A stretch of DNA of 64,000 bases from NCBI GenBank assembly GCA_964390265.1, contig CAYMHI010000003.1:1332-65331 (forward strand). Reading direction: 5' to 3'. Under the pieces are notes generated by a model. The model did not search any database. It had not been told where the DNA came from and saw only the letters and a list, made by a program, of their open reading frames with translations. The position numbers were made by a program, and so were the translations under genes. This stretch comes from an uncultured Candidatus Saccharibacteria bacterium (GTDB taxonomy: Bacteria; Patescibacteriota; Saccharimonadia; CAILAD01; BJGX01). This document shows positions 56,450 through 64,000 of the stretch, in pieces; position 1 is the stretch's first letter; each line of letters begins with the position of its first letter.

Positions 56450-57823
56450 CTACTTCTGAGTATGTACATTATCCACACTTCTAAATAGCATTTGCTCGGG
56501 TTGAAAGTACAGCTCTACCTCGCCAGTTGGGCCATTTCTGTGCTTACGAACCAATATATCGGCAATGTTTTTACGTTCACTTTCTTTTTCATAATAATCT
56601 TCTCGATAAATAAACATTACTACATCGGCATCTTGCTCAATACTGCCAGACTCACGTAGATCTGAAAGTTGAGGTATTTTGGGAGAGCGCATCTCAACGC
56701 TACGTGACAGTTGTGATAGCGCTATGACTGGCACATTGAGTTCTCGTGCTAGGCCCTTAAGGCCACGTGATATCTCTGATATTTCTTGTACTCTGTTCTC
56801 GCCGCCAGCGTTGCGGCCGCTCATGAGTTGTAGATAATCTATAACTATTAGTCCCAAGTCGTTTTCGGATTGCAAACGACGAGCTTTGGTGCGCATTTCC
56901 ATTACATTACTCATAGCTGAGTCGTCTATATAAAGTGGTGCTTCTGAAAGCACACCCATGGCCTTATTAATTTTTTCAAAATCAGTATCTTCAAGATTAC
57001 CCGTTCTAAGCTTCCAGCTATCTATGCCAGCCTCGGAGCTTAGCAATCTATCAATTAGTTGTTCTTTGCTCATTTCTAGGCTGAATATTCCAACCGGTAT
57101 ACCCTCCTCGGTAGCAACATGCTGGGCGATATTTAAGGCAAAGCTAGTTTTACCCATACTAGGGCGTGCGGCCAAAATAATTAAGTCGGAGTTTTGTAAT
57201 CCGGCAGTAAGATTATCTAGCGCTCTATAGCCAGTCGGTATGCCTCGAAGCGAGTTTTTGTCTTTATGCAAACTATCTAGCCGCTCAAAGCTACTGGTAA
57301 GAATCTCTGAAATTGGAGTAAAGTTTTTCTTGAGATGTTTTTGTGAAACTGCAAATAGTGCCTGCTCGGCCTCATCTAGTACGGAATCGAGAGCCTCACC
57401 CTCACCAAATGCCATGGAATTAATAGTACTAGCTGCCGAGATTAACCTTCGCAACGTGGCTTTATCGGCTACTATTCGGGCATACTGTTGTACGTGTGCA
57501 CTAGATGGCACGCTATTTACTAACTCGGTCAGGTAAGCAGCCCCGCCAATATTTTCTAATTGCTTAGCCTTACTAAGAGAGTTCGCCAGGGTTACTACAT
57601 CGATAGGTTCGCGACGTTCAAAAAGGCCCAGAATAGCCTCAAAAATCTGGCCGTTTTTTGTTATGTAAAAATCATCGGCACCAACAATATCGGCAACCTT
57701 AATTATGGCATCTTTATCTATAAGCAAAGAGCCTATCAAGCTTGACTCAGCCTCGGGATTCTGCGGAGGCAAGACAATAGACTTATCGTTATTTTTTGAT
57801 GATTTATTATCTAAATTAGCCAT
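56450..57823 (-). CDS. dnaB: Replicative DNA helicase DnaB
   Basis: GIPTGYRALDNLTAG, Walker A ARPSMGKTSFALN, RecA-like C-terminal domain. Confidence 0.85.
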   Translation of the reverse strand: MANLDNKSSKNNDKSIVLPPQNPEAESSLIGSLLIDKDAIIKVADIVGADDFYITKNGQIFEAILGLFERREPIDVVTLANSLSKAKQLENIGGAAYLTELVNSVPSSAHVQQYARIVADKATLRRLISAASTINSMAFGEGEALDSVLDEAEQALFAVSQKHLKKNFTPISEILTSSFERLDSLHKDKNSLRGIPTGYRALDNLTAGLQNSDLIILAARPSMGKTSFALNIAQHVATEEGIPVGIFSLEMSKEQLIDRLLSSEAGIDSWKLRTGNLEDTDFEKINKAMGVLSEAPLYIDDSAMSNVMEMRTKARRLQSENDLGLIVIDYLQLMSGRNAGGENRVQEISEISRGLKGLARELNVPVIALSQLSRSVEMRSPKIPQLSDLRESGSIEQDADVVMFIYREDYYEKESERKNIADILVRKHRNGPTGEVELYFQPEQMLFRSVDNVHTQK

Positions 57824-59252
57824 CTACCAACTCCCCACCAAGTATTGCCATGGCAGAATTTACCAATTCGGTATCTTCTTTGGCCGGCTGAGTATTATCT
57901 TGTACCAATCGACACTTGAGCCCAATAGGCTGATTACAGGTTCGGCTCATCACTTTCTCAACTATCTCGCGATTACGATGCTCTTCTATTCTCTCTTTGT
58001 GAAAATTAAACCGGCAATCTACTACCAAATTAGTACCTTCTATATGGGCATTGCCAGATCTAAGCAGAGCGTATAACGAGTTGTTATGCTCTTTTATTAT
58101 GCTAAGGCCCTTAGCACAACGGCTGGTCAAATCTTTACCAACTTGGGTGGTTTTGACATTATCTCGTGCGTCTACCTTGTCTGCCTTAACTACTGAGGCC
58201 CTTGAAGTAGCGTTTGTAGTATTGATAGTTTTGTATGGATCTGGCTGAGTAGTGGGTTGGCTGTTCTCTTTACCTATGGCTAATTTTGCCACAGCAATTT
58301 CTAGGGGTAGGCTTCTATGGTTACTATACTTAAAACGCTGATCAGCCTGCGCAAAAAACTCTAGAGCCAAAATTACAAACTCGGTGTTAAATTCTTCATT
58401 AGTGTTAGTACTGGTTAATAAAGTACGCAAATATCTTTGCAGTTGCGCATTAAACGCCGAGGGTTCTACACCAAGACTTAGTAGCTCTGTAGTTATTTCA
58501 AGGGCCTTGTCCGATTTACCCTTGGCTGCCGCCTCTAATAATGCTTTGATTTGCTTGCTACTAGCCAAGCCCATTCTGGCGCTCACTACTTCAGCATTGA
58601 GTGTGTCATTATAAACCGACATTTGATCTAACAGGCTTATTGCGTCGCGCATTCCACCTTCACTAAGCTCAGCAATAGCACGCAAGCCGTCATCGGTAGC
58701 GTTTATTTTCTCAGCTTTGGCAATTCTACGCAGATGATCAATAATTATCTCATCTGAAAATGGTCTAAAATCAAATCGCTGAGTTCGTGAAATAATAGTG
58801 TCGGGCAATTTATGGGCTTCGGTAGTGGCTAGAATAAATAAGGCGTGAGCTGGTGGTTCTTCGAGGGTTTTTAGTAGTGCATTAAAAGCCTCCTTGGTAA
58901 GCATATGTGCTTCGTCAATAATGTACACCTTGTATTTAAGTTGAGTGGGACTAGAGTTTATTTTATCGCGTAGTGAACGTATCTCATCAATGCCGCGATT
59001 GCTGGCAGCATCTATCTCTATAATATCTAACTGGCTAGCAGTATCTTCGTCTGCGCTCAATCCGTTGGCTCGGCGAGCTAATATGCGCGCTACACTGGTT
59101 TTACCCACGCCGCGTGGGCCAGTAAATAAGTAAGCGTGCGAAATCTGACCATTTTTTAAACCCATCTCTAGGGTTTTGGTGATATGGTCTTGGCCCACAA
59201 CATCGGTCAAATCTGCCGAACGATATTTACGATATAGCGCTAAACGCGACAC
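57816..59252 (-). CDS. dnaX: DNA polymerase III subunit gamma/tau (short form)
   Basis: YRKYRSADLTDVVGQDHITKTL, Walker A GPRGVGKTS, clamp-loader AAA+ boxes. Confidence 0.8.
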   Translation of the reverse strand: MSRLALYRKYRSADLTDVVGQDHITKTLEMGLKNGQISHAYLFTGPRGVGKTSVARILARRANGLSADEDTASQLDIIEIDAASNRGIDEIRSLRDKINSSPTQLKYKVYIIDEAHMLTKEAFNALLKTLEEPPAHALFILATTEAHKLPDTIISRTQRFDFRPFSDEIIIDHLRRIAKAEKINATDDGLRAIAELSEGGMRDAISLLDQMSVYNDTLNAEVVSARMGLASSKQIKALLEAAAKGKSDKALEITTELLSLGVEPSAFNAQLQRYLRTLLTSTNTNEEFNTEFVILALEFFAQADQRFKYSNHRSLPLEIAVAKLAIGKENSQPTTQPDPYKTINTTNATSRASVVKADKVDARDNVKTTQVGKDLTSRCAKGLSIIKEHNNSLYALLRSGNAHIEGTNLVVDCRFNFHKERIEEHRNREIVEKVMSRTCNQPIGLKCRLVQDNTQPAKEDTELVNSAMAILGGELVDG

Positions 59253-59587
59253 CTTTTGCTCCCTCCATTACTATTATGTATCTACCAATTATACACCAAA
59301 ACCACCCCTCTCTGTCATTCTGAACTTGTTTCAGAATCAATACGTCATTGATAAAAGAGCCAGTAACAATAGATTACAATAAAAAAGTTGAGGTTTTATT
59401 ACGAAGGTGAAGTATAGAACGAAAATGATCATTTTTTTGATGTATAGTCGGGAATCGTAATAGAGAGTTTGATTGAGAAATAAAGTGCAAGACGTAAGCG
59501 AGAATCGAAACGAGATGTACTTAGAGTACATTGAGCAAGAATCGCAGCGACAACGCAGCAATTTGTTCTCAATTAAGCTCGAAAAGT

Positions 59588-60160
59588 CTAAGCGCCTATT
59601 ACTGCCTCAATAGCGGCCCAATTAGCCTCGCCGTGAGCAGGAATAACTACCGTTACTTCATCGCCTGGTTGGGCTTTGAAATACGTAACACTAGCATAAA
59701 GTACTCGAAAATGGTTGTCGCCAACTTGAGCAATATATTGGCCGTTTTCTAGCCCTAGTTTGGCTATTAATTTTTTTCGTTCAATTGGTCCAATTTGTTT
59801 GTATATAAATGACCCGTCAGTCGCAATAGTAAGCTTGAGGGTGTCGCCCTCTACCAACTTAGATTTGCTAGCGTAGTTGGCTGGCACTGGGTAAGTATTG
59901 CCATCGGGACCAATCATATTTTGACCATCAAAATGGCCTTCTATGATTTTGCCAGTTGGCTCGCTAGCACTCGATGTTTGATCACTTTGAAGTGGAACGC
60001 TCACCAAGGGTTTAGGTGCTTGGTCGGTTGGTTTGGGCAAGTCTTTACCGCTTAGACCCATTTTTTTCAATAACTGTTCGGCTTGCTTTAAACTTTGTTC
60101 TGCAGCATGCATTTGATTAGAGAGTTCTTGTAGCTCTAATTGTTTGTCTTTATTACTCAT
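59588..60160 (-). CDS. Hypothetical protein (190 aa) with N-terminal coiled-coil
   Basis: ORF track. Confidence 0.35.
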   Translation of the reverse strand: MSNKDKQLELQELSNQMHAAEQSLKQAEQLLKKMGLSGKDLPKPTDQAPKPLVSVPLQSDQTSSASEPTGKIIEGHFDGQNMIGPDGNTYPVPANYASKSKLVEGDTLKLTIATDGSFIYKQIGPIERKKLIAKLGLENGQYIAQVGDNHFRVLYASVTYFKAQPGDEVTVVIPAHGEANWAAIEAVIGA

Positions 60161-60251
60161 TTTTTACCTCTTTTGATTTTAGCTCTTTTCTTTCACAGTT
60201 ATTGTACCAAATAGTTGTACAATTACCAAATAATATTGGTTTATAAGGGTA

Positions 60252-60941
60252 CTAGTTCGCAATATTATATTTCAAATGTAGGTATGAGTCTTTAAGAATA
60301 TCAGCAGAAATGAGCTGCAATGATTGTATTTTTTTTAAATCTTCAACATCATTAAGAGATTCTCCGTCTATAAGAGTAGGTGTCGTACGACCACCAACTA
60401 TCATGGGTGCTACAACAATCGACAACTCATCAATAAGGCCAGCTCGTAATAGTACTGCATTCATTTCCCCGCCAGATTGAATCGTTAACCTATCAACCCC
60501 TTTTTGCTTCAATAACTGAAAAAGTTTGTTAAAATTAATCTTTTTTGGATATAAAATAATTTCCAAGTTTAAACTGCTAATCTGATTGGCTGGATGATTA
60601 GTGTTGGATGTAACAATATAAAGCTTACTTGTGTGATTTAAAAGATTTTGTACGCCCTGTTTTGTAAGATGCGGTTCGTTGTCTAAAATTATAAAGCTAA
60701 CTGGTGATTTTGGTATATTTGTCTTCGGTTTATTCCAGCCTACTTTTGCCATTACCTTGCCAGTATTTAATGAGTATAAGTCGGTTTGTTGCTCTAGATC
60801 ATAGTATTGTTGTAGCCCGCTTGAAACTGGCGGAATGTTTGGAATATCTTTATCAAAATCTCTATTGGGGCTGGCACCGGTAGAGATTTTACCATCTACC
60901 GACATTAACATGAATAGTGTAGCGTGAGGTCTATCTTTCAT
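60252..60941 (-). CDS. RibD C-terminal-domain / dihydrofolate-reductase-family reductase
   Basis: ATLFMLMSVDGKISTG N-terminus, GGxxL, and C-terminal LRAGLIDELSIVVAPMIVGG pattern. Confidence 0.6.
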   Translation of the reverse strand: MKDRPHATLFMLMSVDGKISTGASPNRDFDKDIPNIPPVSSGLQQYYDLEQQTDLYSLNTGKVMAKVGWNKPKTNIPKSPVSFIILDNEPHLTKQGVQNLLNHTSKLYIVTSNTNHPANQISSLNLEIILYPKKINFNKLFQLLKQKGVDRLTIQSGGEMNAVLLRAGLIDELSIVVAPMIVGGRTTPTLIDGESLNDVEDLKKIQSLQLISADILKDSYLHLKYNIAN

Positions 60942-60997
60942 AATGCTAGTATAACAAAAAAGACTCTTTCGAGTCTTTTTTGTATGAGAACAACAAC

Positions 60998-61531
60998 TTA
61001 CTGTAGTTCTACAGTAGCACCAGCTTCTTCAAGGGTTTTCTTAGCGGCTTCGGCTTCTTCGGCAGGTACGCCTTCTTTTACCATCTTTGGTGCGCTATCT
61101 ACTACGCCTTTTGATTCGGCAAGACCTAGGCCTGATATTTCTCGTACAGCCTTAATTACATCAATCTTTTTATCGCCTGCGGCGGTAAGCATAATGTTGT
61201 ATGAGCTTTTGGCTTCTTCAGCGGCTTCGGCTTCTCCGCCAGCGGCAGCACCACCGGCAGCAGCAACAGCTACTGGAGCAGCTGCGCTAACACCATAGTG
61301 GTCTTCAAGTACACTTACAAATTCTGACAGGTCTAGTACGCTTAGCTTGTCAATTTCATCAACAAGTGATTTAAATTTTGCAGGTACTTCTTTCTTTTCT
61401 TCGGCTGGCGAATCGGTTTTGTCTTCTTTCGCATCGGTTGACGGACTTTCAGTTTTTACTTCTGCAGCAGCAGCTTCTGGAGCTTTTGCTTCTTCCTTTA
61501 CTTCTTCTTGTTTTGCAGTTTCTTCTGCCAT
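60998..61531 (-). CDS. rplL: Ribosomal protein L7/L12 with an unusual roughly 50-aa acidic/Lys-rich N-terminal extension
   Basis: C-terminal [34 protein letters not shown]...[10 protein letters not shown]; hinge [17 protein letters not shown]. Confidence 0.75.
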   Translation of the reverse strand: MAEETAKQEEVKEEAKAPEAAAAEVKTESPSTDAKEDKTDSPAEEKKEVPAKFKSLVDEIDKLSVLDLSEFVSVLEDHYGVSAAAPVAVAAAGGAAAGGEAEAAEEAKSSYNIMLTAAGDKKIDVIKAVREISGLGLAESKGVVDSAPKMVKEGVPAEEAEAAKKTLEEAGATVELQ

Positions 61532-61556
61532 AATATTTCTCCTTTAAATTAAGTTT

Positions 61557-62084
61557 TTAAGTTGTTTTTTGTTCTTGAATTGCTTTTAGGGCGTATACGA
61601 GTCCACTTAGGTTACCATTTAGTACTCTCACAAAACCACTAAGTGGTGCAGCAATAGTGCCAACGGTTTGAGCAAGTAATTGCTCTTTGGACGGTAGCTT
61701 GGCAAGCGCCATAATATCATCGCGGCTAAGTGCGTTTCCATCTTCGTCGATTCCGCCAACTATCTCTAATGCATCGTTAGTCTTGGCAAAATCAAATACG
61801 ATTTTGGCTGCGGCAACTTCGTCTTTAGAAAACGCAATACCTACGGGGCCAGCTAGCATAGTTGTGTCTTCAACATTGCGATTAGCGTTGTTTAGCGCAA
61901 TCTTCACTAGGCTGTTTTTTGCCACCGTAAATCGCGCATCGCTTTCTCTCAGGCTGGCACGCAGAGCCGATATAGCTGGCACATCCAGACCACGATAATC
62001 AGCCATAACAGCTAATTTGTTTGAATTAAAAGCATCGGTTAGATCTGCAACCGTCTGCTCTTTTTGATCACGGGTTTTGGCCAT
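61557..62084 (-). CDS. rplJ: Ribosomal protein L10
   Basis: MAKTRDQKEQTVADLTDAFNSNKLAVMADYRGLDV. Confidence 0.8.
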   Translation of the reverse strand: MAKTRDQKEQTVADLTDAFNSNKLAVMADYRGLDVPAISALRASLRESDARFTVAKNSLVKIALNNANRNVEDTTMLAGPVGIAFSKDEVAAAKIVFDFAKTNDALEIVGGIDEDGNALSRDDIMALAKLPSKEQLLAQTVGTIAAPLSGFVRVLNGNLSGLVYALKAIQEQKTT

Positions 62085-62126
62085 AAGTTACTTCCTCTCC
62101 TTTATTTAATGTGCGTGATTAACCAA

Positions 62127-62154
62127 CAAAAAAATCTTTGGAGATTCCAAAGAT
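62127..62154 (-). terminator. Hairpin (9-bp perfect stem ATCTTTGGA/TCCAAAGAT) followed on the minus strand by a U7 run. Candidate glyA terminator and/or rplJ leader attenuator.
   Basis: Seen in the sequence between the glyA stop and the rplJ start. Confidence 0.5.
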
Positions 62155-62267
62155 AGCTTTAAAAAGTATTTTTGCCTCGTGTAGCAAATTAAGTCTTAAT
62201 AAAATGACTGCTACAGTCTTTGGTAATCGAGTAATATTGTATCAAAAAGTTATAGATTGGTCAAGCA

Positions 62268-63515
62268 CTAATAATACCAGTGTAGTGAGTTTACAATATC
62301 GACAACAGTCTTATTGGCTTTTGAGTTTTCTATCTCATTTGCCAGAATATTGCCGATTAACTCCCCCAAATCTTCAGCTTGCTGGGTGCTAATACCTCGC
62401 GAAGTCAATGCTGCCATGCCTAGACGCAAGCCACCCGGTCGCCAAGGCGACTTAGTATCGTTTGGTATGGCATTACGATTAGTTACAATACCCACTTCTT
62501 CAAGTTGAGTTTGTAGCTCTAAACTATCAATATCATCTGGCACTTTTGCCAGGCAAAGATGATTTTGAGTGGGTGACACCATCTCTACACCAGTTTTTAC
62601 TAGGCCGTTTTCAAGTGCCTTGGTATTGGCAATTACCTGCTTGGCATAATCTTCAAATGGCTTTTTATCGGGATACTCGTCATCACCCAGTACCTCTAGT
62701 AGACTCTGACCAACAGCAGCTATCTGATTTAGGTGTGGCCCTCCACTGGTGCCAGGAAAAATAGTTTTATTGATAGCTGGCATATATTCTTGTTTGGCAA
62801 AAATAAGTGCTGATCGAGGTCCACGTAAGGTTTTGTGGGTGGTAGTGGTTACGAAATCAGCCCCTTCGCCGTCTTTTTTGAATGGGCTATCATGCAGACC
62901 AGCCGCTACCAGACCAGCAATATGAGAAATATCTGCCATAACAAGCGAACCAGTATCGTGAGCCAGTTTACAAAGTTTGGCAAACTCATATTTTCGAGGG
63001 TAAGAGCTAAAACCGATTATCGTTAGTCGTGGCTTGTGCTCTTTGAGCTTGGCTACAAAATCGGCCTCGTCAATGCCGGAACCGTGTTTTCTACTTAGCA
63101 AACTATAGTTGGCATACTTAAAAAACTTTAACCAATTACTGGTAGCATGCATGTGACTTAAGTGCCCACCGCTGGCGAGATTAAGGCTCAAGACTGTATC
63201 GCCAGGTTCTAAAACTGTAAGATACACCGTAGCATTGGCTGGGCTACCAGATAGCGGCTGAACGTTTATGCCATACTCGCCAGTGCTGTCAAAAACCTCT
63301 AGAGCTTTTTGACAAACAAATTCTTCTAGCGTATCGGAATTTACGTTACCGCCATAATAACGTTTACCGGGGTACCCCTCGGCATACTTGTCGTTCCAAA
63401 GACTTCCTAACAACCCTAAGGTCTTGGGGCTAGGATAATTTTCAGCGGCAATAAGATTGAGGGTACTCTTTTGGCGTTCTGTTTCGGTTTGAGTGAGTTG
63501 AAAAATTCTATTCAT
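62268..63515 (-). CDS. glyA: Serine hydroxymethyltransferase
   Basis: LIAAENYPSPKTLGLLGS, PLP-lysine region TTTTHKTLRGPRS. Confidence 0.85.
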   Translation of the reverse strand: MNRIFQLTQTETERQKSTLNLIAAENYPSPKTLGLLGSLWNDKYAEGYPGKRYYGGNVNSDTLEEFVCQKALEVFDSTGEYGINVQPLSGSPANATVYLTVLEPGDTVLSLNLASGGHLSHMHATSNWLKFFKYANYSLLSRKHGSGIDEADFVAKLKEHKPRLTIIGFSSYPRKYEFAKLCKLAHDTGSLVMADISHIAGLVAAGLHDSPFKKDGEGADFVTTTTHKTLRGPRSALIFAKQEYMPAINKTIFPGTSGGPHLNQIAAVGQSLLEVLGDDEYPDKKPFEDYAKQVIANTKALENGLVKTGVEMVSPTQNHLCLAKVPDDIDSLELQTQLEEVGIVTNRNAIPNDTKSPWRPGGLRLGMAALTSRGISTQQAEDLGELIGNILANEIENSKANKTVVDIVNSLHWYY

Positions 63516-63605
63516 TATTCAATTATACCACTTTGCAGATTGGTTAGTCTTGTAGTATTATCTAACAGACCTACAAAACAGGTGGACCTTTACAGAAAGA
63601 AGTGA

Positions 63606-64000
63606 TATGTCAAAACTTGAGTACAAGCACGAACGCATAATGAATTCACAGTATCGAGTTATACTAGAATTCATTCTACGTAATGGCCAATGGACATCAA
63701 CTCGCCAGGGACCACGTACTAAGGTTTGTACTGGTATGCAAATGCGATTTGATCTACTAAACGATGGCTTTCCGCTCATTACAGAGCGAAAAATTGGATT
63801 TTGGCGAAAGCCAATAAACGAGCTTGGTGCAATGATTAATGGAGTGCGCACCGCCGAAGACTTCGCAGCCTGGGGTTGTGATTGGTGGGGCGACTGGGTT
63901 ACGGAAGAAAAATGCGCAAAGCGCGGGCTACAAACAGGCGATATTGGTCCAGCAAGCTATGGGGCAATGTTCCATGATTGGCCTGATGAAGCCGGCCAAA
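63606..64000 (+). CDS. thyA: Thymidylate synthase ThyA (3'-truncated by the window edge)
   Basis: Hand translation: ...GTGMQMRFDLLNDGFPLITERKI...ELGAMINGVRT...WGDWV...GDIGPASYGAMFHDW parallels the E. coli ThyA N-terminal half. Not in the ORF track because no stop falls inside the window. Confidence 0.6.

Noticed and set aside
59253-59587. Expected SRP (4.5S/ffs) RNA gene upstream of dnaX
   Set aside because: I searched both strands by eye for the conserved helix-8 motif (GGAAGCAGC / GNRA-closing pattern) and did not find it. A model-based scan is needed before making a call.
59176-59752. Three small track ORFs (68, 74 and 73 aa) in the dnaX upstream region
   Set aside because: They are AT-rich, lack an RBS, and overlap each other on both strands. 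The region is more likely non-coding regulatory DNA.
60924-61547. Plus-strand Ala/Ser-rich ORFs (124 and 66 aa) opposite rplL
   Set aside because: They are the antisense low-complexity reflection of the Ala/Glu-rich L7/L12 hinge and N-terminal extension.
63558-63851. Minus-strand 97-aa ORF from the track
   Set aside because: The opposite strand encodes a clear thymidylate synthase N-terminal half, so the minus-strand ORF is an antisense artefact.

Overview
This is a gene-dense, low-GC (about 40% by eye) bacterial chromosomal segment. Its gene content is consistent with a small-genome Patescibacteria/CPR-like (Saccharibacteria-like) organism, but this taxonomic guess rests on gene content only. 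Most of the window is housekeeping. It includes a complete minus-strand dcw cell-wall cluster (mraZ-rsmH-ftsL-ftsI-mraY-ftsW-murG-ftsQ) with a recognisable MraZ-box promoter. It also includes translation and replication genes (AspRS/AsnRS-type ligase, GlyRS, CysRS, Der, Pth, L10, L7/L12, TopA, DnaB, DnaX, YbaB, RecR, RecO, DprA, ScpAB) and one tRNA-Gln(UUG). Also present are an oxidative-stress cluster (peroxiredoxin, Fe/Mn SOD, Bcp), an ABC-2 exporter, and a glyA/thyA/DHFR-like folate neighbourhood. The most unusual content is as follows. (1) An accessory block at 16.6-21.9 kb carries a sigma-r4/HARE-HTH protein, a 905-aa membrane-anchored type-IV-coupling-protein-like ATPase with a roughly 380-aa unknown domain, and a GC-rich Cys-rich lipoprotein gene, followed by a roughly 1 kb ORF-free AT-rich tract. 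(2) A GC-shifted island at 8.4-9.8 kb holds three small charged/coiled-coil ORFs and ends in a structured 330-nt non-coding region with a near-perfect 23-bp inverted repeat. (3) A degenerate KaiC/RecA-like pseudo-ATPase is paired with a single-domain receiver and coupled to recO. (4) A four-gene GT-C/GT2/GT-C/GtrA glycosylation cassette plus dnaB sits inside the normally contiguous dnaX-ybaB-recR array. (5) There are several small GC-shifted orphan ORFs (113, 131, 147 and 99 aa) and a standalone nucleoside-2-deoxyribosyltransferase-like protein next to dprA. I found no transposase, integrase or CRISPR array. All functional calls come from motif recognition by eye; no database searches were run.
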